Source of the DNA: an uncultured delta proteobacterium
GTDB taxonomy: Bacteria; Myxococcota_A; Polyangia; Polyangiales; B10-G4
Direction of reading: 5' to 3'
DNA length: 64,000 nucleotides
Assembly (NCBI GenBank): GCA_963727445.1
Contig: CAVSGI010000009.1
Span: 96,001-160,000, forward strand
Positions within the stretch are counted from its first letter, which is position 1; each line of letters opens with the position of its first letter. Below are positions 47,595 through 58,017 of the stretch, in pieces. The notes under the pieces are model-generated. The model did not search any database. It had not been told where the DNA came from and worked only from the letters and a program-made list of their open reading frames with translations. A program made the position numbers and the translations under genes.

Positions 47595-49367
47595 ATGCTC
47601 CGAAAGCTCGAGAAGTACGAGATCCTCGACGAGATAGGCCATGGCGGCATGGCGACGGTCTATCGCGCTCGGGACTCCCGCCTCGACCGGCCGGTGGCGC
47701 TCAAGATCATGCACCCTCACCTCAGGGGTGCCCACGAGGCGCGCGTGCGCTTCACGCGCGAGGCCCAGAGCGTCGCGCGGCTCAAGCACGACAACATCCT
47801 CGAGATCTACGACAACTCGGATCCGGACTCCGAGGAGGCCTACATCGTCACCGAGCTCCTGACGGGACCGACCCTCAAGGAGTTCGCCGAGAAGAATCGC
47901 GAGATGCCGGCCGAGGTGGCGGCGTGCTTCGGGATCCTCATCGCCCAGGCCCTGGGCTGCGCGCACGAAGCCGGGATCGTCCATCGCGACGTCAAGCCGG
48001 AGAACGTGCTCCTGCACGAGGACCGCACGCTCAAGCTGACCGACTTCGGCATCGCCCAGATGATCGACTCGAATTCCTTCACGGCGACGGGTCAGATCCT
48101 CGGCTCGCCGGGGCACATGGCGCCGGAGCAGATCGAGTCGGGGAGCAGCGATCAGCGCACCGACCTCTTCGCTCTCGGCACCGTCATCTACTACCTGGCG
48201 ACGGGACGCCTGCCCTTCGAAGGGAAGAACCCGCATCAGGTGCTCAAGCGCATCGTCGACGGCGCCTACGCGCATCCGCTCCGCGTGCGACCGACGGTGG
48301 GCGGGACGCTCTCGCGGATCATCGAAAAGGCGCTCGCGACGAATCCGGACGATCGCTACCAGTCGGCCAAGGAGCTCGAGGACGACCTCACCCGCTTCGT
48401 GAGCGACATGGGGATCGACGATCCCGCGGCGCTCCTCGCGAAGTACATGAAGGATCCGGAAGGCGCAGCGGAGAAGATTCGCGAGACGACGATCGCGCGG
48501 CTCATCACCCTCGGCAAGCAAGCCACCGAACGCGGCGAGATCCCCGTCGCCCTCGACGCCTACAACCGGGTCCTCGCCCTCGACGATGGCAACGACAAGG
48601 TCCTCCACCTCATCGAGAACATCGGCAAGCGCGGGCGCAACAAGCAGATCCTGATGGGGACCGGCGTGGTGGTGGCTCTGGCGGCGATCGGGGCGCTGGC
48701 ATACGGGTGGGGCGGCAAGGGCCAGACGGTGGACGAGACCTCGGACGGGTCGGTGATGGTGGCGGGCGTCGAGGACGCGGCGGTGGACGCGGTGGGCGTC
48801 GAAGACGCGGCGGTCGTGGTGGCCGCCGACGCCGACGTCGACACCGGTCGTTCGGTGTCGGCGATGGGCATCGTCTCGAAGGTTCAGCCCCCGGTGCTGC
48901 GCGGGCCGCGCGAGGTGCTTCTTCTCCCCACGCCGGCGGACGTGGAGATCGCCATCGACGATCAGGAGTTCCGAGACTTCGGTCCCGACTTCCAGCATGT
49001 GACCCTCTCCCCGGGCCGGCACCGCGTCCGAATGCGCGGCACCTGCTGCGACGAGGTCGATTTCCCCTTCGTGGTCCCGCCGGGGCCTGCCAACGAGCCC
49101 ATTCGCCTGAGCCGCACCCTTCCCTTCAAGCCTGCCCAGCTGAACGTCATCGCCAGCGTCGAGGGCGAAGTCTCCGTGAATGGGGAGCGAATCGGGAACA
49201 CCCATACCTACAATCCGGTCCCGATGGAGCGGATGCAGGAGCGGGTGCAGATATCCGTGACATCACCGGGATATCGGGCGTATACAACCTTCCGGACCCT
49301 CAGAGCTGGCGAGCCCGAGACGGTCGCGGACGTCACGCTCGTGGAGGCCTCCGGGAGCTCGCCCTGA
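47595..49367 (+). CDS. Membrane Ser/Thr kinase with PEGA-like extracellular domains
   Basis: GHGGMATVY, VALK, HRDVKPEN, DFGIA, GSPGHMAPEQ; TM; PG.H.V and PGY motifs. Confidence 0.93.
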   Translation: MLRKLEKYEILDEIGHGGMATVYRARDSRLDRPVALKIMHPHLRGAHEARVRFTREAQSVARLKHDNILEIYDNSDPDSEEAYIVTELLTGPTLKEFAEKNREMPAEVAACFGILIAQALGCAHEAGIVHRDVKPENVLLHEDRTLKLTDFGIAQMIDSNSFTATGQILGSPGHMAPEQIESGSSDQRTDLFALGTVIYYLATGRLPFEGKNPHQVLKRIVDGAYAHPLRVRPTVGGTLSRIIEKALATNPDDRYQSAKELEDDLTRFVSDMGIDDPAALLAKYMKDPEGAAEKIRETTIARLITLGKQATERGEIPVALDAYNRVLALDDGNDKVLHLIENIGKRGRNKQILMGTGVVVALAAIGALAYGWGGKGQTVDETSDGSVMVAGVEDAAVDAVGVEDAAVVVAADADVDTGRSVSAMGIVSKVQPPVLRGPREVLLLPTPADVEIAIDDQEFRDFGPDFQHVTLSPGRHRVRMRGTCCDEVDFPFVVPPGPANEPIRLSRTLPFKPAQLNVIASVEGEVSVNGERIGNTHTYNPVPMERMQERVQISVTSPGYRAYTTFRTLRAGEPETVADVTLVEASGSSP

Positions 49368-50293
49368 AACGCGGAATCGTCTTTGTGGCCTTCATCGGGA
49401 TCGTCGGCCTCGCCGACGTCGCCCAGGCCAGCGATTTCACCGAGTTTCAGGCCGCGCGCCAGCTCTATGAGGACGGGAACTACCAGGAAGCGGTCGGCGC
49501 CTTCGAGGACCTGGTGGGTGGCGCCGAGCCCCGGATCACGGACGTGGGCATCATCCAGGAGTCGCGAAAGTACCTGGGAGCCGCTCTCATCTTCGTCGAT
49601 CGCGAGGCCGAAGCCGTGGCCCAGTTCGAGCGACTGGTGCGCGACGACGAGCATCAGCGGATGCAGGCCGCCACCTTCACCCAGGATGTGGTCACGGTTT
49701 TCGACCGGGTGCGCGCTCGCGTGCGCCGGGAGCTGGCAGCCGAACGAGACGCCGAGGCAGAGCGCGAGCGGCACGCGCGGGAAGAGGAGATCGCGCGCCT
49801 GCGGGCCGAATCCGAGCGAACGCAGCGCCTGGTGGAGTTCGCGGCGACCAACGAAGTGCGCGAGGAGAACAGCCGCTTCGTCGCCGCCATCCCCTTCGGC
49901 GCGGGGCAGTTTCAGAACGGAAAGACGGGCCTCGGCTACTTCTTTCTCGCGTCCGAAGGGCTCTCTCTCGCTGGGAGCCTGTTGTCCCTCGGCATCCACA
50001 CCAGCCTCGACCCCGCCGCTTACGACGTGGGCTCGACCCCGGACGACCGCCGCCGCGCCCAGGCGGCCTTCGAAGGAGACGAGCGGGCGTGGCGCATCAC
50101 CAACTGGGTGACCACTGGCACTTTCGCCCTCATGGCGCTGATCGGCATCATCGAGGCCCAGCTCAACTTCGTGCCCTACGAGTCGAAGACCGAGCGACGG
50201 GAGATCCCCGAGGACCTGCTCCCCGAAGCCCTGTCCCCCGAGCTCGACGTCTCCATCGGCCCCACCGGCGCTTCGCTCCGCGTCACCTTCTGA
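49364..50293 (+). CDS. Secreted TPR-like protein with C-terminal hydrophobic/beta segment (start uncertain, CTG 49364 or GTG 49385)
   Basis: Signal-like KRGIVFVAFIG...AQA, helical TPR-like N-region, IPFGAGQFQNG, ends GASLRVTF. Confidence 0.72.
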   Translation: MKRGIVFVAFIGIVGLADVAQASDFTEFQAARQLYEDGNYQEAVGAFEDLVGGAEPRITDVGIIQESRKYLGAALIFVDREAEAVAQFERLVRDDEHQRMQAATFTQDVVTVFDRVRARVRRELAAERDAEAERERHAREEEIARLRAESERTQRLVEFAATNEVREENSRFVAAIPFGAGQFQNGKTGLGYFFLASEGLSLAGSLLSLGIHTSLDPAAYDVGSTPDDRRRAQAAFEGDERAWRITNWVTTGTFALMALIGIIEAQLNFVPYESKTERREIPEDLLPEALSPELDVSIGPTGASLRVTF

Positions 50294-50335
50294 AACGAAT
50301 TCGGGGGTCGGGCGCAGAATCCACCCTGATCCGCC

Positions 50336-50364
50336 TTGACACCCCCCGGACCTTGGGCAATCTT
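50336..50364 (+). promoter_or_regulatory. Candidate sigma70 promoter of rpsL-rpsG
   Basis: Perfect TTGACA at 50336-50341; weak -10 (CAATCT/AATCTT) 16-17 nt later. Confidence 0.5.
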
Positions 50365-50425
50365 CCCGCTCCCCAAACGCCGGGGTGGGCCGGAGTGCCC
50401 CTGTTCATCGCGAGATTATTAGAGA

Positions 50426-51312
<887 letters not shown>

Positions 51313-51336
51313 GATTCGAGCCGTCGCGCTGACGAA

Positions 51337-51366
51337 CCCCGTCCGAGACATCGGGCGGGGTTTTTT
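51337..51366 (+). terminator. Rho-independent terminator after rpsG
   Basis: CCCCGTCCGA-GACA-TCGGGCGGGG stem-loop followed by TTTTTT. Confidence 0.9.
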
Positions 51367-51377
51367 CGTCCGACGCG

Positions 51378-51983
51378 TCACCAGCAGCTGTTCCAGCAGT
51401 CCTGGACGAGCTCCGTGGTGTCCGAGCCGCAGACCTCACCGCTCCACTCGGTGTAGTCGCCGATGCAGCTGCACCAGGTGCAGCTCGGCGGGGCATCCGG
51501 CTGCTGGTCGTAGTCACCGCCCCCGCCGCCGCTCGTGGTCGGACCGTCCGAGACGTCGTCGTCCCCGCAGGTCTCGGGGAACTCGTCGCAGCAGCAGGCA
51601 CCACCGGGCTGCCAACACGCCGAGATCGTCGACGGATCGACCGCTCCCGTACACCAGAGATAGCGCTCGTCCGCCACGTAGCCGCAGTCGTTCTCGGCCG
51701 AGCGGCGGTAGCTGTCGCCGCACTCCTGGGCGGTGATCGGATCGGCGCCCATCTCGATGCATCCGTCGTACCCACACTCGTACATCGCGTCCTCGTACTC
51801 CGCGGTGCACACGTACAGACCGGTGAGGTCGCATGGGTCTTCGCCCACCAACGCCGCGTGGCTCTCGCCCGACGCGCGCCGGTCGATCGTCATGGCGCCG
51901 TTCGTCGGGCTCGAGACCTCGCCCATGCAGCCGGCGAGGACGGATGCGATCATCAGCGCTCCCCAAAAAGTAGAGTTCGTCAT
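51378..51983 (-). CDS. Cys-rich acidic lipoprotein
   Basis: AAAGGAG RBS, VLAGC lipobox, many Cys (CCC, CTWCSC, CWNSCW). Confidence 0.75.
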   Translation of the reverse strand: MTNSTFWGALMIASVLAGCMGEVSSPTNGAMTIDRRASGESHAALVGEDPCDLTGLYVCTAEYEDAMYECGYDGCIEMGADPITAQECGDSYRRSAENDCGYVADERYLWCTGAVDPSTISACWQPGGACCCDEFPETCGDDDVSDGPTTSGGGGGDYDQQPDAPPSCTWCSCIGDYTEWSGEVCGSDTTELVQDCWNSCW

Positions 51984-52226
51984 CTGGTGACTCCTTTCGT
52001 GGTGAACGCAGAGCAGCTCTCGTACCAACGCGCACACCGCGTCACTTCGGAGTCCCTGGGGCCGGCCCGAGCAAGCATTGCGTGAACGCGCAGCCCGCGG
52101 GGCGCCCTGCTTCGGTCTATTCCCGCAGATCGATCGGCGCAGCCTCCGCTACTCGAGACGCGGTTCGACGCACGGATCCGCGAGCGCGTCGCCGCACGTG
52201 CGAGGCGGCGCGGTAGCATCGAGCTC

Positions 52227-52919
52227 ATGCCCTGGACCGAAGTCATCATCGAAACGAAGACCTCTCCGGACGAGCTCTTGCTGCTCGAGACGGTGGCGCC
52301 GCTGGTGGACGAGCTCCGGCCGGCGCTCGCGGCGTGGCACTTCTTCTGGGAGCCCGATCTCTGGGTGCGGCTCCGGTGGACGGATTCCGCGCACCGAAGC
52401 GAGCACGAGGCGTGGCTCGAGCGGCGCCTCGAGGGCGCGCAGAAGGAAGGGCTCGTCGACGCGTGGCGCTTCGGCGCTTATGCGGGCGACGCGGAGATGA
52501 TGGGCGAAGAGATGTGGGCGCGCTGCGAAGGCGACTTCATGAACAGCGCCGAGATGGCCCTCGCGGTGCTCCGGCACGAAAAGCAGAGCGACCTCTCGAG
52601 GCACCGCGGCTTCCACTGGGCGCGCCACGTACACACCTTCTCGAATCCACTCGTCGGCACCTGGACCGAGGAGGTGCGGCTCTGCCTGCTCCAAGCCCGC
52701 TACCGGATCCGTCTGCTCGCGCGCGCCAAGGAGATCGAGTCGCAGGCGGCCCGCCTCACCGAGATGGTGGCGAAGATCGAGGAGACGCTCGCGGGCATGG
52801 ACACTGTCGAAGCCGTGGAACGCCATGTCACTTCCGGCTGGCGCGCCAAAGGACGCCCCGACATCGCGACGCTCCTGGATCTACCCGACGACTTCCATCG
52901 CGACCCGGGCGAGGAGTGA
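52227..52919 (+). CDS. Stand-alone lantibiotic-dehydratase C-terminal (elimination)-like domain protein
   Basis: LL.E.VAPLV.EL, WHFFWEP.L.VRLR, Y..D.E..G, E..F..S...AL, H.F.N.L..T..EE resemble Lant_dehydr_C. Confidence 0.5.
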   Translation: MPWTEVIIETKTSPDELLLLETVAPLVDELRPALAAWHFFWEPDLWVRLRWTDSAHRSEHEAWLERRLEGAQKEGLVDAWRFGAYAGDAEMMGEEMWARCEGDFMNSAEMALAVLRHEKQSDLSRHRGFHWARHVHTFSNPLVGTWTEEVRLCLLQARYRIRLLARAKEIESQAARLTEMVAKIEETLAGMDTVEAVERHVTSGWRAKGRPDIATLLDLPDDFHRDPGEE

Positions 52920-53435
52920 GCCGCCCAAGGCCACCCCGAGGTTCAGGGCGTGACGTCGAAACGAAACTGCAGCGGGGGGTCGAAGGTCTGAGGGACCGGC
53001 ACCGGCGCGTGGGGCCGGAGCGCCTCGCGGACGAAGACCGACCCGACGATCCCGTCGTTGCTGCTGGGGCAACACCTACGAGGTCCCCTTCTCCGACCGC
53101 AGCGTGCGAACACCCATGGAGATACGGCTGGAGCCGATGCCTTGATCCCGGATCAGCGAGCCGGCCATGCTCGAGGCCCACATCGGGTGGCCAGGGCCTC
53201 GTCGTCTCGGCGCCGGTCGGGCGCGGGCTTTCGGACATCGGCGTAGCGCAGCATCGAGTCTGTCACCCCGTTGGGGGGACACCTGTCGGCGGATGAAACG
53301 CATGGCGACGCGTGAGCGGTTTCGAAGCCGCGCCACGGAGATCGTTCGAGTGGCGATGCCGCTGATCCGGCGGGAGCGGCGGCCCGACTCCGCCGCGCGG
53401 GCCCGAAGAGGCGACCCTTGACGCTAGACTTGGCC

Positions 53436-53813
53436 ATGGCGCGCGGCCTGACCTGGTTGTGCATCCTTGCGTGCGCAATCGGATGCGGGGAGCACGCGGA
53501 CAAGATCCCTTCTTCGGATCGAGAAATCACTTCGCCCTCCGACGCTGCGTGCCCCACCGACACCGGCTATCTCTCGGGCTACTTCGAATGCCACACCGAC
53601 GAAGATTGCCTCGCGCACTACGCGCCCATCTCCACCGCGGGGACGCTTCACTACATTTGTTTCGAGTGGCAGTGCCACAGCGCCGATTACTGCGTTCACA
53701 CCAATGCGGGCGCGCCCGACTACTGTGCGTGTGGCACCGACGATTGCCGATACCCCGATGTCTGCGTGGAGTTCAACGGAGTGATTTCGTGCGAGTCGCG
53801 GTGCGGGCCATAG
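53436..53813 (+). CDS. Small Cys-rich lipoprotein
   Basis: CAIGC lipobox; dense Cys pattern. Confidence 0.65.
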   Translation: MARGLTWLCILACAIGCGEHADKIPSSDREITSPSDAACPTDTGYLSGYFECHTDEDCLAHYAPISTAGTLHYICFEWQCHSADYCVHTNAGAPDYCACGTDDCRYPDVCVEFNGVISCESRCGP

Positions 53814-53986
53814 GGCCGCGCGTCGAAGGAATCCGACGAGTGGCGACACGTGCTTGCGACGGAGTCACGACCCTCGACATCGGCGGGGCGGCCGCGCCCA
53901 CCTGCGCACTACCATCACCGCGACGGAGACCCACAGGCTCTTCAGTCGGAAGCGCAGTATCGGCCTTACTGACGCGGCGCCCGAGA

Positions 53987-54898
53987 TCAGAACGCGAGGC
54001 GGGCGTTCACGCGCGCGTCGGTGGGTGTGACGTCGAAGGCCACGCTCACGTCGTCGTCGTCATCGTCGTCGCTGTCCGAAACGGCGATCAGGGTCACGGC
54101 GCCGGCGACCCCCGCGGCGAGGCCGAGGCCCAGGGTGACGAGCTGCGCCACGCCCAGGGCGCGGGCCTGCCCGCACACCGACTGGGCGTGGGAGAGAAGC
54201 GCATCGCCACCGCCGAAAGACTCGCCGGCGCTGGCGTACTGACAGACGTCGGCGTTGACGACCTCCGCGGAGGAAGCCCCCATCGCCGTGAGGCCCGCCC
54301 CGACCTGCTCGCGATAGGAGAAGAACTCGTCGTCGTTCAGGTTGCCCCTCCAGACGGAGAGCCCGAGCGTGGTGGTGAGGAGCCCGCTCGCGGCGGCGAG
54401 GAGGCTGACCCCGAGCGGGTTCTTCCACGCGTGGCGGGAGTCCGCTGCCACTTCGGGAGGGGAGGAGAGCTCGAAGGCGAGCCAGTCGGCGACGGCCTCG
54501 GGATCGAGGGGGAGCTCCATGATCTCCGAACGACCGGGCTCCGAGTCGACGATCGAACGAAGGACGATCGCGGGCGCCCCGTCGGAGATGACCACGTTCC
54601 CCGTGACGAGCGCGTGCGCGTCGAAGGATTCCGCGACTGCGCGCAGGCAAGCCATGGATGCCCGCGAGCAGTTCACGAGCTCGAGGGCGGCCTCCTGGCT
54701 CACCCCGACGTCGACGAAGCGGAAGTCCTCGACCGCGCGGGCCCCTGCGTGCAGCGCTTCGCCGGCGCCCACAGCGTCGTCCACGAGCTCGTCGCTATCC
54801 GCAGCCGGCTCGAGCACGACGAGCATCGGCTGCGCCAGCGCCGCGCCTGGAGCCCATGCGACAGCGAGCACTACGAGGGTGAAGGGGAGTGTCCGCAT
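53987..54898 (-). CDS. Secreted/membrane hypothetical protein with C-terminal beta-hairpin ending in Phe
   Basis: Signal peptide ...ALA|Q, hydrophobic helices, ends VAFDVTPTDARVNARLAF. Confidence 0.7.
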   Translation of the reverse strand: MRTLPFTLVVLAVAWAPGAALAQPMLVVLEPAADSDELVDDAVGAGEALHAGARAVEDFRFVDVGVSQEAALELVNCSRASMACLRAVAESFDAHALVTGNVVISDGAPAIVLRSIVDSEPGRSEIMELPLDPEAVADWLAFELSSPPEVAADSRHAWKNPLGVSLLAAASGLLTTTLGLSVWRGNLNDDEFFSYREQVGAGLTAMGASSAEVVNADVCQYASAGESFGGGDALLSHAQSVCGQARALGVAQLVTLGLGLAAGVAGAVTLIAVSDSDDDDDDDVSVAFDVTPTDARVNARLAF

Positions 54899-54909
54899 GG
54901 GATGTTGGT

Positions 54910-54925
54910 AGCAGAGTCTGGGCCA
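54910..54925 (-). promoter_or_regulatory. Candidate sigma54 promoter
   Basis: TGGCCCAGACTCTGCT (GG-N10-GC); -12 C lies 13 nt before ATG 54898. Confidence 0.45.
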
Positions 54926-55075
54926 CGAAGTCGACGCGTCCCCGCATGAAGACGGTGATGGGCGTCTGCAGGCCGCGTCTCGCGCCTCTTCTGCGGCCGC
55001 GTTCGAGGGCCACTCGTCAGCGAGGGCGATGCCACGGCCATCGACCGGGGAGATTCGATACCATCACGAAGGGCG

Positions 55076-55649
55076 ATGGCGGTTTCTGAGGTCAAAGGCA
55101 GCTCCGTGAGCATGACGATTCGAGCGCGTACGCAAGCGCTACGGCGAGGCGGGCGTCGCTCGCGTGGTCGAAGCGCTCCCACCGCGCGTTCGCGAGCAGC
55201 TCCCGGCGAACCTGCACTTCCTTCCGTCGTCGACCTGGCCGTTCGAGGTGTGGGCCGAGCTCCTCCTGGCGGCGGAGACGCTCTTCGGCGATTTCGCGCG
55301 CGCGTCCTCCCGCGAGGGTTACAAGGAGCTCCTGCGCACGGTCTACAAGAACTGGGTGCGTCCGGGGGATGCCGCGGAGTCGGTGCGCCAGCTTCCGCAT
55401 CTGTGGGAGCAGGTCACCAAGGGGCTCGGCGAGTACGCGGTCGAGGACCGCGGCTCGGACATCGTGATCCAGGTGAGGCTTCTCGGCGTGGACGAACGGT
55501 ATCGAGAGATCACCGAGGAGCGCGTCGCCGGCACCATCGAGGCGATGATCGCGGCGTCGGGGAGGCGCGGGACGGTGCGCCGGGCGCCGGCGGGGGACGG
55601 AGTCACGGAATTCGTGGTGCGAACGACGCGGTCCATGATGGGCCTCTAA
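55076..55649 (+). CDS. Myxobacterial DUF2378/H-NOX-like small protein, apparent +1 frameshift at ~55127
   Basis: MAVSEVKGSSVSMTIRA continues as VRKRYGEAGVARVVEALP...LPSSTWPFE...VYK..VR in the +1 frame. Confidence 0.65.
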
Positions 55650-55734
55650 TGCAGGTGGCGAAGCCACAGATCCCCTCGATCCACCCGAGCATGGCGCCGG
55701 CGCGGGCATCGTCTCCGTGCGCGAAGCGACGAGG

Positions 55735-57945
55735 TCAGAGCGCGACGATGCGACCCAGCGAAGGTGGGTCGATGTCCGTCGCAGGGGTGAGGCTCTCGTC
55801 TTGGAAATACTCGATGAACGCGTCGTCGATGGTGTCACCGGCAGTGGGTGCCTCTGCGCCCCCCGCCACGAATGCTTCATAGCCGTTGCCGCCGTACCAG
55901 ACGTAGTCCGGGATCGCGATGCTGTAGCTGGCGCTCGCGTCGTTCGGGATCGTCTCGCCCCCTTCGAGGGCGAGGGTCTGGACGCGCGCCCCCGCCGCGG
56001 CCGACGGATCGAAGGTGATCGAGATGCCGGACACCTGGAAGAACTCGCCCTGGCCGGTGGATCCGTCGTAGGTGGACAGGCCGTGCTCGAGAAGATCCCA
56101 GAGCTCTTCGCCGGTGATCATGAAGCTCACGATGCGATTGCCGAAGGGGAACATCGCCCGTGCGTCCTCGACGACGACGTCGTAGGGCGGCCCCGCGGCA
56201 TAGCCGGCATCTGGACGCCTCAGCGCCGTGTCCGCGGGAAGAACCGAAGAGGCGGGGATCCCGTTGCGGATTCCCCCGCCGTTCACGATGCCGATCTGTG
56301 TCGTCGCCGACGCCCGCACCACGTCGGCGACGAGATCGCCGAGCACCGACTCGCCGTTGCGATTGTCGTCGCGCGACCAGCTGAAGGCCGCGCTCACCGT
56401 GCCGATCACGGTCTCGTCGGACACGATCGCGGGGCACGAATCCATCGCGGGTCCCGCCGCCACGGCGGCGGGGTCGAGGAGGTACGCCTGGGTCCGGCTC
56501 AGCGCGCACGGCAACTGTAGGGAGAGATGGCCGGCGATGTGGGTCTCGAGGAGAATGGTGTCGTTGTCGAGGGTCGACCGAAGCGTCAGCGAGCCCTCCT
56601 CCGGGGTGGCAGGGTCGAGATCGTTGGCCACCATGTAGAAAGGCGGGGCGTCTGGGATTGCTTCGGCTGCGAAGCGCTCGGCCGGCTCGACGTCGAAGGC
56701 GAGGGCGAAGAGCACCTGCTGATCGCGCTCACCGAAGAGCGGGCCGTAGGAGGGCAGGTCGGCGACGGCCGCCGCTCGCGCCGTGCGCCAATCGGCGAAG
56801 GTGGCGCCAGGGGCATGGGTGGTGTCGAGGCTGGTGATCACCAGGAGGGACTCGGCGTAACTGAAGACGCGCGCTTCGATGCTGGCGAGCTGGGTGAGCA
56901 GTGGATTGGGATTGCCGCTCGCCGCCGCGGCGAGGGCCGTGGCCATGTCGAGGTAGTTGGGCGTCTTGAAGAACTGCGAGACCCAGAGCTCCAACGCGGG
57001 ACGATCGAGGGTGCCGGTCCCCGAAGGGGATTCGAGCGGCGCCACTCGGATGTTCGAGACGAGTGCATCGAAGGCCTCGCGCGTCGTGCCCATCGTGGGG
57101 CGGAACGCGCAAGCGGCGTTCGCGTCGCACCAATCGAAGAAGCCACTCAGAGCGGCCTCGGCGCCACGGGCTTGATCGATCCGCCGCTCGAAGAGGTCGT
57201 GGGTGGCCGGCATCGCCGACGCCAGCACTGCGGCGCGCACCCGGCTCGGGAACAGGGTCGCATAGGCGGTGGTGGTCCAGGTGCCGTAGGACTCGCCGAC
57301 GATCGAGAGCTGCTCTTCGCCGAGCGCCTCGCGCAGTACATCGATGTCCCGCGCCGAATCCGCGGTGCCAAAGTGCGAGAGATCGCCCGTCATCGAGGCA
57401 CAGCCCGCGATGGCGGAGCTCAGGAGAGCCGAGACCGCCATGTCGTCGGCAGCCGACTCGAGGTCCGCGCTGAAGCGCGCGAGGGTGAGGGGATCGACAC
57501 AGTGGATCGCTGGATCGCTGCCCGCGGTTCCACGCATGTCCATCCCGACGACGTCGAAACGACGGAACACCTCGCCCATCCCCGGGAACAGGCGGGTGGG
57601 AAGCTCGCTCACATCGGTGACGCCCGAGGACCCAGGTCCGCCCGGGGCATAGAAGAGGACGCCGATTCGCTGAGAGGGCGAGAGCGCCGGGAGGCGGACC
57701 AACGGCAGGGTGAGCGTGTCCCCATCCGGCGCCTCGTGGTCGATCGGCACCACGAGGCTCGCGCACTCGGCGCGCCCGTCTCCGCAAGGGGTCCACTCGA
57801 GGGCACCGGTTCCTCCATCGCCCGCCGCGTCACCCATGGTGTCGAGCGGAGCGTCCATGGCGGCATCGAGCGCGCCGCCGCTGTCATCGCCGCAACCGGT
57901 GACAGAAAGCACGGCGAGGGCACCACCCACCAGGAGACGTTTCAC
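55735..57945 (-). CDS. Lipoprotein: TAP-like S33 alpha/beta hydrolase fused to a 5'-nucleotidase C-terminal domain
   Basis: VTGC lipobox; PGGPGSSG, GESYG, DPATP, GH; then ES.LGDLVAD, NGGGIR, FPFGN, QVSG, DY..GG.GY. Confidence 0.85.
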   Translation of the reverse strand: MKRLLVGGALAVLSVTGCGDDSGGALDAAMDAPLDTMGDAAGDGGTGALEWTPCGDGRAECASLVVPIDHEAPDGDTLTLPLVRLPALSPSQRIGVLFYAPGGPGSSGVTDVSELPTRLFPGMGEVFRRFDVVGMDMRGTAGSDPAIHCVDPLTLARFSADLESAADDMAVSALLSSAIAGCASMTGDLSHFGTADSARDIDVLREALGEEQLSIVGESYGTWTTTAYATLFPSRVRAAVLASAMPATHDLFERRIDQARGAEAALSGFFDWCDANAACAFRPTMGTTREAFDALVSNIRVAPLESPSGTGTLDRPALELWVSQFFKTPNYLDMATALAAAASGNPNPLLTQLASIEARVFSYAESLLVITSLDTTHAPGATFADWRTARAAAVADLPSYGPLFGERDQQVLFALAFDVEPAERFAAEAIPDAPPFYMVANDLDPATPEEGSLTLRSTLDNDTILLETHIAGHLSLQLPCALSRTQAYLLDPAAVAAGPAMDSCPAIVSDETVIGTVSAAFSWSRDDNRNGESVLGDLVADVVRASATTQIGIVNGGGIRNGIPASSVLPADTALRRPDAGYAAGPPYDVVVEDARAMFPFGNRIVSFMITGEELWDLLEHGLSTYDGSTGQGEFFQVSGISITFDPSAAAGARVQTLALEGGETIPNDASASYSIAIPDYVWYGGNGYEAFVAGGAEAPTAGDTIDDAFIEYFQDESLTPATDIDPPSLGRIVAL

Positions 57946-58017
57946 AGGTAGAGTCTATCTTTCCTTTGGCGGGAGCGCCGCAAAGGTCGCCGCCCGACCG
58001 CTAGCGAACCGGCACGA

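Noticed and set aside
51378..51983. Cys-rich gene as a RiPP precursor for the neighbouring dehydratase-like gene
   Set aside because: About 200 aa with a lipoprotein signal; looks like an exported disulfide-rich protein rather than a leader-core peptide
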